NCBI GenBank assembly: GCA_002269645.1
Contig: NIVC01000356.1
Span: 434,001-498,000, forward strand
Length of the DNA: 64,000 nucleotides
Direction of reading: 5' to 3'
Origin: Macrostomum lignano
Taxonomy: Eukaryota
Shown here: one piece after another, positions 36,906 to 48,518 of the stretch
How positions within the stretch are numbered: position 1 is the first letter of the stretch
Layout: each line of letters opens with the position of its first letter
Made by a program: the position numbers and the translations under genes
Notes under the pieces: generated by a model
What the model was told of the DNA's origin: nothing
The model's input: only the letters and a program-made list of their open reading frames with translations
The model's database searches: none

Positions 36906-39900
36906 AAGCATCCACCAGACAGCTTGCATTTGACCGGATTCGCTGCTCTGCCAACGCACTCCTTGCCCGTAGCTATACAGAAATCGAGAAATCGACGTTG
37001 AGCTTGTTTATCGAGTCTATCGACGTTTGGATGCTGCGTGGTTTTCGCACAGAAGCTATAGGTCTCCATATAAGGGGCTTCTATAAAGTACGCTCGTACA
37101 TTCTGCATGGATATACATGTACTGCATGTACAACACGTTCCCAAGCACGCATTATGTATATGCTCGTATAAACATGTACCTAGCTAAACATATGCAAGTA
37201 GCTGTACGGAGGTACGAGTGCACCCAAAGTGCACTAACCCTCGTACATTCTTCGAGCTGGTTAGTCCGATCGGCCAGAAGGTGGAGTTGTTCCAGGGGGT
37301 ATATTCGAAGGCAATTCGCGGGGGCCTTCCGAAGCGTTACCCTGTCATAGGAGCGCATTTGCACCAATGCACATCGACATAACATCATGTAAAAGCGATT
37401 TAATTGCGTTGGCGCGCGCAGGCATTGCCACGCACAGCTGGTATCTGCACTTCACACTTCATCATCACTTCACAGAGCATCTGCGAAGTGATATGAACTC
37501 GAGCTACTTGCATAGGCGCGCAATTTTTGGTTAGAGCTAGGTGGCACAAGAGCGCAAGAAGCAAGGGAGCCTATCGAATGAAGACGAGTCGGATCGACCT
37601 ACGGCGACTATGTTGTACAGAAAGTCCGATAGTGGAACTCTTCTGTGAGTTACCGTTTGCACAAATAAAGGTTTCTTAGGACGCGTTGTTGACAAGGCGG
37701 TCTTCTAAGGGTCGTTGGGCACAGTCACGATGTTACTCCCAAAGGAGAAGAACGTTTTTTTACTCAAAGCTATACGCTGAAGCAGCAAGCAGCAAAATTT
37801 AGTGATTTTCCATGCCAGCTGTTTAACAAGGAGACTCGATCGAGCGATTTCCGGCGGTGAGCATTGGATTGGCAAAAATTATACTCCATGCAATCAATAC
37901 ATGTACATGTATTTGTATCTGGGTGCGCCTTCGCCATTTTGCACTTCTAAAACTTTGCGTCTGCGCGTTTATGCGATCAGTGCGTGCCTATATGCTAGTG
38001 CGCTAGCTACTAATATTCCCCAAAGCGCGCTTATGCCATGGTGAGCTTACAGATGTAGTAGTCTTTTATAGTCATAGTCTTCGTAGCGAGTTTTTGCAGC
38101 GAGTACCGTGCATCTCTAGCGAATGCGTGTATTTAAGCGTGCAATATTTTGGAATGTGGTCTGTTTGTAGTCTGTACCGAGTACAGATCGTGTATGTTAT
38201 AGTACAGTGCAAGAGGGGCTGTTGGCCATACATGCGCAGAGCGGTCATAATAGGCCAGGAGCTGAGAGAATCGCTGGGCCACACATGCACACGCCACACA
38301 CGCTACAGTTTGGACGTGACATAAAAATCTACATCGCATCTATGTAGGAGACGTAGTTAGAAACCCTACAGGCTACAGGGCCTATTATGTATGCATGGGC
38401 GTACACTTCGTACAGCATATCGAAGTCCGAGAGCAAGTTACATGCTTCTTCACGTTTAAACAAAGAAAAAGTAATGGTTTGCTTATTAAAACACGAATTG
38501 TTTTGAAAACAACAGTTAAGCTTTCTGATGTTATAATTAAATATTTTTAAATCGTTGTATTTGTAGAACATCTTTATTTTAGTTGTAGGTGTTAATGTTT
38601 AAATAAAAAATATTAGCCTTCTTTTTCGACCACTTTATAAATAATGACATGTATCAAGGAATGAATGCAGAATTTAATTTACTTACCTAATTTCTGAAAA
38701 TACCTGTTGCACTTTACAAGTTCGAAACGCTTAAGACGTGTAGTTTTGTTGTTTATACAGTTACAAATCATTGACTGCTTAATATATTATAACTGCTGAC
38801 TTAATGAACAGTCGATTGTTATGTTGTAGAATTTGTAGCCTAACCATTAGTAAAGTAAAATCGGCCTAGTACTAAAAAAACAATTTTGTGAGCAAAGAGC
38901 AGTGGCTCAACCTAACTATGCAGGAGATACCAAGCAAATTTGGACCAAAGTTCAGCTTGCCCCCATTTGGGGTCTTCAATTCAGTCTTTAAAACATTGCA
39001 ACTGCAATCTCCCTTGGCCATCACAGAATTTAAAATTTATTATTGTGCCACTGCAAAAACCAACAGAATAGTAGGCCTAACCATTTGAGATTTTGCGAAA
39101 TTGAGTCATACAGCCTTATATAATTGCAATTTTAGCCAACTTTTATATCTGAAAAATGTAGTAAAATTCCTAAATATAGTAGGCTTATATAATAAATAAA
39201 CCTTTTGAATTAGCCTATACTCTTTTTCTATTAAATATAAACATATTAATAATGAATTAAGTCTATTTTCTACTTATTAAATAAGTTTACAGTCATTGAT
39301 ATCAACAACTATGCTTTGATGAATGATAAATTAGATTATTATAAAGTATAGACTACAATTGTAAACATGTGTAGTTTGCAAGGAGAAGCATTTTCAATTA
39401 ATTTTAGTAAAAAGGGACAAGCCAAAAAAGTCCAAAAATGCTAACTAATGTATAAAATATAATTATTATAATATTGTTTTATTTCAAGATGGTACATTTT
39501 TGCTTTTAGGAAGATTTTAGATACTATTATACAAATTGAAGCAATTTTTATTTATTTATACTATATGACCATAAGGAGGCAAGGAGTCATATCTATTTGA
39601 TTTTAATTAACCCTTAAGCATGCACATAGTTTATATCTATATGCAAACACATTTAGAACTATCATTTTTGTCCATCACATAGGCTTGTCATCTAAACATA
39701 TTGCAAAAGGCTATCATAGGCTTGTAATATAGGATGTATCAAATAGGCCTGTCATACAATGTATATCACATGGGTCCATCATACAGAATGTATCATAGAG
39801 GCCTATCACACAGGGTATATCACATGGGTCTATCAGAATGTATCATATAGGCCTGTTCTCATCATCAACTAGTGTACAATCTATTGGCAAATATGCACTC

Positions 39901-40077
39901 AAAATTTCATAAGTATACTGGTAGACTTGATCACTGATGCATTGTCCTATTTTATTATAATAGGGAGTCTGAACTAATACTACTCATTTGTAACAATACT
40001 AATGCTAGTTATTGTATCTATCACTAAAAGTAACAACAATCCCAAAAGTCAGTACTATATTTTAATTATTTTTTCAG

Positions 40078-40820
40078 TCGTCCCCCTGTCAGAAGTTTGC
40101 CTGTGCCATACAGGACTGTCTGGCGCGTAAGCCACTTTTCTTATAATCACACAGATACTAAAATAACTTGATCAGCCACTCAGGCATATATGCTTAGTAA
40201 AAAGGCTTTCTACTTTCAGTTCAATAGCATAAGCTATTTTATAAAAAGTAAAGGCAGCTGAAATGACTTTGATAAGTTTAGAAGCCCAAGCTTGCAGGCG
40301 TAAACAGCTTGCAGCTTGCTAATTGGTTCAGCAATAATGTACATTAGCCAGTCCACTGAAAGGCAATAAAAATTGGGTGGCGGGGGGTAGTGTTGAAAGG
40401 CTCGATTTGAGGGTTTAAGCTGGGGGTAAGAGCCAATAAATGAGCCTTGGCTTTAAAAATACATTAAAATGCTTCTGTTTAACTTACTACTGAACTGAAA
40501 GTAGTTCACACGCAAATGTGCTGAGTGGCCCATCTAGTTTTTCTAGTATCTGTGTATAATCATGACTGTTGCGACTTAGTTACTTAGTGCATTATATGCT
40601 GTATTTGAGCTTTTCAACAGGTCACAACTACAACCCGGAGGAGTGTCGCTCGGCTGTGCAAAATCTGATTGATTGTTGCGCAAGATTTCGTCACGTACGG
40701 CAGAGCTGCTGCGAGCTGGGTGGCGGCAACTCTTCAGCTGCTGCTAATCCTGTTTCTCAATCGGCTAAATCTTCTACACATAGACAGGATTCTGCTGGGG
40801 TATCTTCCTATAGCCAATGA
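40078..40820 (+). CDS. CMC4: Twin CX9C mitochondrial intermembrane protein CMC4 (p8-MTCP1 family); start codon in an upstream exon
   Basis: Exons 40078-40126 and 40621-40820: SSPCQKFACAIQDCLARHNYNPEECRSAVQNLIDCCARF, matching the CMC4 pattern PCQK.AC.IQ.CL....Y....C..V...L..CC. Confidence 0.85.
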
Positions 40821-40999
40821 GAAAGATGTGTAATAATTGTCGAGATTTCAAAAACTGTTTGTCTACTAATTATAAGTCCGATGCTTATAGCTTAATATTT
40901 GCTTAAAAATGTACTTACTTGTGTGATCGTGGTAGGGCTTAATTTAATTATTGTCAATAGTTTGTTCATTATTTTGTCCATTCTTAATAAAGTAGAAGT

Positions 41000-42730
41000 T
41001 TCAAGTCCCGATTTGACAGCTTCAAGTCCCGATTTGACAGCTTCAAGTCCCGATTTGACAGCTTCAAGTCCCGATTTGACAGCTTCAAGTCCCGATTTGA
41101 CAGCTTCAAGTCCCGATTTGACAGCTTCAAGTCCCGATTTGACAGCTTCAAGTCCCATTTTGACAGCTTCAAGTCCCATTTTGACAGCTTCAAGTCCCGA
41201 TTTGACAGTTTCAAGTCCCGATTTGACAGCTTCAAGTCCCGATTTGACAGCTTCGAGTCCCGATTTGACAGCTTCAAGTCCCGATTTGACAGCTTCAAGT
41301 CCCGATTTGACAGCTTCAAGTCCCGATTTGACAGCTTCAAGTCCCGATTTGGCAGTTTCAAGTCCCGATTTGGCAGTTTCAAGTCCCGATTTGACAGCTT
41401 CGAGTCCCGATTTGACAGCTTCAAGTCCCGATTTGACAGCTTCAAGTCCCATTTTGACAGCTTCAAGTCCCATTTTGACAGCTTCAAGTCCCGATTTGAC
41501 AGTTTCAAGTCCCGATTTGACAGCTTCAAGTCCCGATTTGACAGCTTCAAGTCCCATTTTGACAGCTTCAAGTCCCGTTTTGACAGCTTCGAGTCCCATT
41601 TTGACAGCTTCAAGTCCCGATTTGACAGCTTCAAGTCCCGATTTGACAGCTTCAAGTCCCGATTTGACAGCTTCGAGTCCCGATTTGACAGCTTCAAGTC
41701 CCGTTTTGACAGCTTCGAGTCCCATTTTGACAGCTTCAAGTCCCGATTTGACAGCTTCAAGTCCCGATTTGACAGCTTCGAGTCCCGATTTGACAGCTTC
41801 AAGTCCCGATTTGACAGCTTCAAGTCCCATTTTGACAGCTTCAAGTCCCGTTTTGACAGCTTCGAGTCCCGATTTGACAGCATCAAGTCCCGATTTGACA
41901 GCTTCAAGTCCCGATTTGACAGCTTCAAGTCCCGATTTGACAGCTTCAAGTCCCGATTTGACAGCTTCAAGTCCCGATTTGACAGCTTCAAGTCCCGATT
42001 TGACAGCTTCAAGTCCCGATTTGGCAGTTTCAAGTCCCGATTTGGCAGTTTCAAGTCCCGATTTGACAGCTTCAAGTCCCGATTTGACAGCTTCAAGTCC
42101 CGATTTGACAGCTTCAAGTCCCATTTTGACAGCTTCAAGTCCCATTTTGACAGCTTCAAGTCCCGATTTGACAGTTTCAAGTCCCGATTTGACAGCTTCA
42201 AGTCCCGATTTGACAGCTTCAAGTCCCATTTTGACAGCTTCAAGTCCCGTTTTGACAGCTTCGAGTCCCATTTTGACAGCTTCAAGTCCCGATTTGACAG
42301 CTTCAAGTCCCGATTTGACAGCTTCGAGTCCCGATTTGACAGCTTCAAGTCCCGATTTGACAGCTTCAAGTCCCATTTTGACAGCTTCAAGTCCCGTTTT
42401 GACAGCTTCGAGTCCCATTTTGACAGCTTCAAGTCCCGATTTGACAGCTTCAAGTCCCGATTTGACAGCTTCGAGTCCCGATTTGACAGCTTCAAGTCCC
42501 GATTTGACAGCTTCAAGTCCCGATTTGACAGCTTCAAGTCCCGATTTGACAGCTTCAAGTCCCGATTTGGCAGTTTCAATTCCCGATTTGGCAGTTTCAA
42601 GTCCCGATTTGACAGCTTCAAGTCCCGTTTTGACAGCTTCAAGTTACGATTTGACAGCTTCAAGTCCCGATTTGACAGCTTCAAGTCCCGAGCTGTCAAA
42701 TCGGGACTCAAAGCTGTCAAATCGGGACTC
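41000..42730. repeat. 21-bp minisatellite (~80 copies) with higher-order structure and a terminal inversion
   Basis: Unit acagcttcaagtcccgatttg; two inverted units at 42691-42730. Confidence 0.95.
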
Positions 42731-43019
42731 GGAGCGAAGACTTCAGAACCCTAAAAAAGATCTTCAAGCCGCCTTAATGTCCGCAATAAAATAGTTGCAC
42801 GCCTATGTACTAAATTTATTCTGAAAGTCAAGCATTTGTTCCATACAAAAAATCATTTTATTCGTGTAGGATTTCTTGTAAAATTCACAAGCTGCTTATA
42901 AATACATAATTGTTTCATCAGATAAACTTTAAGTTCTTTAACATTTTTGCAGCTAAAGTTTTATTATTTATTTGTATATTTCCATTGTCTCATATCCTCA
43001 GTTGCTAAACCACCGCCAG

Positions 43020-43866
43020 CCTCCAGATCCTCAGCTGCTGGGCCAGCCTCCCAGAGTGTCAGTTGCTGGGCCAGCCTCCCAGATCCTCAGCTGCTGGGCC
43101 AGCCTCCCAGATCCTCAGGTGCTGGGCCAGCCTCCCAGATCCTCAGCTGCTGGGCCAGCCTCCCAGATCCTCAGGTGCTGGGCCAGCCTCCCAGATCCTC
43201 AGCTGCTGGGCCAGCCTCCCAGATCCTCAGCTGCTGGGCCAGCCTCCCAGATCCTCAGGTGCTGGGCCAGCCTCCCAGATCCTCAGCTGCTGGGCCAGCC
43301 TCCCAGATCCTCAGCTGCTGGGCCAGCCTCCCAGATCCTCGGGTGCTGGGCCAGCCTCCCAGATCCTCAGCTGCTGGGCCAGCCTCCCAGATCCTCAGGT
43401 GCTGGGCCAGCCTCCCAGATCCTCAGCTGCTGGGCCAGCCTCCCAGATCCTCAGCTGCTGGGCCAGCCTCCCAGATCCTCAGGTGCTGGGCCAGCCTCCC
43501 AGATCCTCAGCTGCTGGGCCAGCCTCCCAGATCCTCAGCTGCTGGGCCAGCCTCCCAGATCCTCAGCTGCTGGGCCAGCCTCCCAGATCCTCAGCTGCTG
43601 GGCCAGCCTCCCAAATCCTCAGCTGCTGGGCCAGCCTCCCAGATCCTGGGGTGCTGGGCCAGCCTCCCAGATCCTCAGCTGCTGGGCCAGCCTCCCAGAT
43701 CCTCAGGTGCTGGGCCAGCCTCCCAGATCCTCAGGTGCTGGGCCAGCCTCCCAGATCCTCAGGTGCTGGGCCAGCCTCCCAGATCCTCAGCTGCTGGGCC
43801 AGCCTCCCAGATCCTCAGGTGCTGGGCCAGCCTCCCAAATCCTCAGTTGCTGGGCCAGCCTCCCAG
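43020..43866. repeat. 28-bp minisatellite (~30 copies) immediately 5' of the nuclear receptor CDS
   Basis: Unit cctcagctgctgggccagcctcccagat; the same unit recurs at 48646-48760. Confidence 0.95.
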
Positions 43867-43915
43867 GTTGCCAGTCAAGCGCTGCAATCGCACTATCCTA
43901 ACTATTGTTTTTCCC

Positions 43916-45859
43916 ATGCCAAAGCAACGCGAATCAAAGCAGCAAGCCTGGCGGCTTCAGAAGCGCCAGCAGTCTGAGCTGAGTGAGCTGGCGGATGCTC
44001 AGCAACAGCAGCCGCAGGGGGAGGCAGGCTCAGTCTGCTCCGTGTGCGGCTGCGACAGGCCAGCGGGCTGCCATTACGGCGCGGTGACCTGCCACGCCTG
44101 CAAGTCGTTTTTCAAGCGCACAGTGCAACACTCGCTGGCCTACGCCTGCATGCGGCTGGCCCGCCACTGCGCTCTCGTGTCCGAGCGGACTCGCGCCTGC
44201 GGCTACTGCCGATTCAGGAAATGCCTTCGCGTCGGGATGCGGCCCCAGCTGGTTAGGTCGTTGAGCGACTGTGTCAACGACGATCAGGATCAGGCATCGT
44301 CTTTGGCCTCATCGACCGCCACCGTCGCTGCCGCAGCCGCCGCCACTCCGTCTGTGGAAGCCGCGGTCGCTGCAGTTGAGGCCGATCTGGTCGAGATTGA
44401 GCCGTTCACCATTGATCAGTCCGGCCTGGACGGACTGCCATTGGAGGAGCGGGTCATCCGGTGCGTCACTCTGGCCTGTGACGGATTTTTAAGCTCTCTG
44501 ATTGTCTGGGCCAAGCGAGTGTCTGGCTTCAATCAGCTGATCATGCAGGACCGAGTGGCCCTGATACAGCGCCGCTGGATGGTGGTGATGATACTGGGGA
44601 TGGCCCGCAGTTCGCATCCGTACACGGACACGCTGCACTTTTGTAGCAATTTCCAGCTGAGCGAAGAGCAGGTAAGCTAATTGCATTCAATATTTTTATC
44701 TATCAGCTTTTCGATCATATCGTCAACCTGTCAATTTTGGTACCTTGTAATCTTATCAAATTTGTCAGCTAATCAAATCTATCAACCTTGTCAACCTATC
44801 AATCAAATCTGTCAACCTTGTCAACCTATCAATCAAGTCTATCAACCTTGAAAACCTATCAATAAGTCTATCAACCCTGAAAACCTATCAATCAAGTCTA
44901 TCAACCTTGAAAACCTATCAATAAGTCTATCAACCTTGTCAAACTATTAATCAAATCTGTCAACCTTGTCAACCTATCAATCAAATCTGTCAACCTTGTC
45001 AACCTATCAATCAAATCTGTCAACCTTGTCAACCCATCAATCAAGTCTATCAACCTTGTCAACCTATCAATCATGTCTATCAACCTTGAAAACCTATCAA
45101 TAAGTCTATCAACCTTGTCAAACTATTAATCAAATCTGTCAACCTTGTCAACCTATCAATCAAATCTGTCAACCTTGTCAACCCATCAATCAAGTCTATC
45201 AACCTTGTCAAACTATCAATCAAATCTGTCAACCTTGTCAACCTATCAATCATGTCTATCAACCTTGTCAACCTATCAATCAAAATTGTCAACCTTGTCA
45301 ACCTATCAATCAAATCTGTCAACCTTGTCAACCTATCAATCAAATCTATCAACCTTGTCAACCTATCAATCAAGTCTATCAATCGTGTCAATCTATCAAT
45401 CAAATCTATCAATCGTGTCAATCTATCAACAAATCTATCAACCTTGTCAACCCATCAACCCAGGCGAGCAGCTTCCGCCTGCCCCGCATTGACCCCCGGG
45501 TGCGCACAATCTGCCAGCGCTACACGCAGCTCAACGTGACCCCGCTGGAGACAAATCTCTTAAGCTATGTTTTGTTCCTGGAGAGCAGCTGCTACTTTGA
45601 TTGGGCCAATCAGGCCGCCATTGAAGAGCTGCAGCTGGGGTATCTTCGCAGGCTCCGTCAGGCCTGTCGCGGCGGAGTGCGCCTGGGTGTCCTGCTGCAG
45701 CTGCACAACGACTTGATGGCAGCCCAGCTGCTCGCTCTCGGCTACATGGACCGGACACTTAACCTGGAGGGCCGGCCACTGCCGCCGCTGGCTAATGAAG
45801 TTCTACAGCACGTGCTGGCGCTCGGCCTTCCCGTCAGCGAGCCCCACAGATACTTCTGA
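43916..45859 (+). CDS. Divergent NR3-type (estrogen-related-receptor-like) nuclear receptor, ~383 aa
   Basis: Exons 43916-44671 and 45464-45859 (phase 0). C4 zinc-finger DBD CSVC...HYGAVTCHACKSFFKRTVQ...CGYCRFRKCLRVGM. LBD WAKRVSGFNQLIMQDRVALIQRRWM..ILGMARSSHPYTDTLHF resembles ERR [40 protein letters not shown]. Confidence 0.8.
44780..45460. repeat. 30-bp minisatellite filling the nuclear receptor intron
   Basis: Unit tcaaccttgtcaacctatcaatcaaatctg; runs up to the 45463 acceptor. Confidence 0.9.
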
Positions 45860-46450
45860 TCCCATATCCTCAAATAGTCTGATCCCATATCCCTTAATAG
45901 TCTGATCCCATATCTCCTAGATCCCATATCCCCTGATAGTCTGATCCCATATCCCTTAATAGTCTGATCCCATATCCCCTAATAGTCTGATCCCATGCCC
46001 CCCTAATAGTCTGATCCCATTCCCCCTAATAGTCTGATCCCATTCCCCCTAATAGTCTGATTCCATTTCCTTTGATAGCTCGTAGCCTGATCCCATATCC
46101 CTTAATAGTCTGATCCCATATCTCCTAGATATCTTCTGATAATCTGATCCCAAATCCCCTAGTGGTCTGATCCCATATCCCCTGATAGTCTGATTTAATG
46201 TCTCCTAATACTCTGATCCCATATCCCCTGATAGTCTGATCCCAAATCCCCTAATAGTCTGATCCCATATCCCCAAAAAGTCTGATCCCATATCCACTAA
46301 TAGTTTGATCCCATACCCCCTAATAGTCTGATCCCATATCCCGAAAAAGTCTGATCTCATATCCCCCGATAGTCTGATCCCATTTCCCCCGATAGGTTGA
46401 TCCCATATCCCGAAATATTCTGATCACATATCCCCTGATAGTCTGATCCC
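45860..46450. repeat. 23-bp minisatellite starting at the receptor stop codon
   Basis: Unit tctgatcccatatcccctaatag. The first unit overlaps the TGA stop at 45857-45859. Confidence 0.9.
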
Positions 46451-46914
46451 ATATCTCCAGGTAATTTCTAGCTATTCTGACTCCGAGTTCTTATTTTATA
46501 TCCCAATTCTAATATTATTATCGAAATTGTGGAAATGTTTAGTAACTGTTATTTGCAGGTATGTCAGAATTCTTTTATGTACCGGTAGTTACTACTCATA
46601 ATTTCTTCTAGTTTTATTTTTCTAACAGTTACCAATGATCAAAAGAACAGTTTTTATTGGTGTCGTTGTTGTGGTAGTGTAAATACCGTATTAGCATATT
46701 GGTTATTTGCTTTTAACTCCTGTTGTTAATGCTGCAGGAGTTGTTATTGTTGCTGTAGTTCGAGTGTGAATCTTTCTACAGTATTTTAGTGTCGTGCGAC
46801 TTCTCTGCTAATGCTATCTGTTGTTTACCGATTGTTGTGAGCTGCGATGCTTTGAGGCTGTGTGCATTGATTTGTACTTTTACTAATAATTTTGCCGCGA
46901 TGCACGGGCAATTT

Positions 46915-47630
46915 CTGTGTGCTGCCACCCCATCTCTATTCCTCCGTGTGCTGCTACCCCCAACCTCTATCCCTCTGTGTGCTGCTACCCCACTCCAATA
47001 TCCCTCTGTGTGCTGCTACCCCACTCCAATATCCCTCTGTGTGCTGCTACCCCACTCCAATATCCCTCTGTGTGCTGCTACCCCACTCCAATATCCCTCT
47101 GTGTGCTGCTACCCCACTACAATATCCCTCTGTGTGCTGCTACCCCACTCCAATATCCCTCTGTGTGCTGCTACCCCACTACAATATCCCTCTGTGTGCT
47201 GCTACCCCACTCCAATATCCCCCTGTGTGCTGCTACCCCCAACCTCTATCCCTCTGTGTGCTGCTACCCCCAACCTCTATCCCTCTGTGTGCTGCTACCC
47301 CCAACCTCTATCCCCCTGTGTGCTGCTACCCCCAACCTCTATCCCTCTGTGTTCTGCTACCCCCAACCTCTATCCCTCTGTGTGCTGCCACCCCCAACCT
47401 CTATCCCTCTGTGTGCTGCTACCCCCAACCTCTATCCCTCTGTGTGCTGCTACCCCCTAACCTCTATCCCCCTGTGTGCTGCTACCCCCAATCTCTATCC
47501 CTCTGTGTGCTGCTACCCCGTCTCTATTCCTCCGTGTTCTGCTACCCCCAACCAGCCAACCTCTATCCCTCTGTGTGCTGCTACCCCACTCCAATATCCC
47601 TCGGTATGCTGCTACCCCACTCCGATATCT
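46915..47630. repeat. 31-bp minisatellite with two variant blocks
   Basis: ctgtgtgctgctaccccactccaatatccct, then ctgtgtgctgctacccccaacctctatccct. Confidence 0.9.
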
Positions 47631-47944
47631 TTCGGTACCCTTTAAGCTTCTCTGTTTGAATTTTAAGCCGTGAATATGCCTGTCTACTTTGCTTTTATGT
47701 TTGCTTGTAGGTTTCTTGTCTTACTTTCTGACTCTGTGGACCATAATGTGAAACTATAAATAAGTAAATATCTCATATGAAGAACTGGATTCTTTTTTTT
47801 CTATCTGTATTTAAAACAAACAATTTCTAAATAATAATGTGTGCAATTGAACCACTATATTTAAATGGAATTTGCTTTGAAGCCTATTTTATAGAAACAT
47901 TTCTTTCTTATATATTAAATTCTAAGTCAGCTGTATCTAGATGG

Positions 47945-48485
47945 CAGTGTGTGGAACCCGTGAAGTGGCAGTGTGGGGGAACCGGTGAGATGGTGTGGGG
48001 GAACCGGTGAGATAGCAGTGTGGGGGAGCCGGTAAGATGGAAGTATGAGGGAACCGGTGAGATGGTGTGGGTGAACCAGTGAGATAGCAGTGTGGGGGAA
48101 CAGGTGAGATGGCAGTGTTGGAGAACCGGTGAGATGGCAGTGTGGGGGAACAGGTGAGATGGCAGTGTGAGGAAACAGGTGAGATGGCAGTGTGGGGGAA
48201 CCGGTGAGATGGCAGTGTGAGGAAACAGGTGAGATGGCAGTGTGAGGAAACAGGTGAGATGGCAGTGTGAGGGAACCGGTGAGATGGCAGTGTTGGAGAA
48301 CCGGTGAGATGGCAGTGTTGGAGAACCGGTGAGATGGCAGTGTGAGGGAACCGGTGAGATGGCAGTGTGGGGGAACAGGTGAGATGGCAGTGTGGGGGAA
48401 CCGGTGAGATGACAGTGTGGGGGAACCGGTGAGATGACAGTGTGGGGGAACCGGTGAGATGACAGTGTGGGGGAACCGGTGAGAT
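47945..48485. repeat. 25-bp minisatellite
   Basis: Unit ggtgagatggcagtgtgggggaacc, ~21 copies. Confidence 0.9.
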
Positions 48486-48518
48486 TGCAGACTGCAGGAT
48501 AACCAAACACCCCTGCAG

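Noticed and set aside
40892-42794. Three 500-630 aa ORFs, one resembling a membrane-anchored mucin
   Set aside because: They arise from a stop-free 21-bp unit open on both strands. The + ORF starts at TTG, and an AATAAA at ~40986 probably ends the CMC4 transcript before the array. Kept only as a repeat finding.
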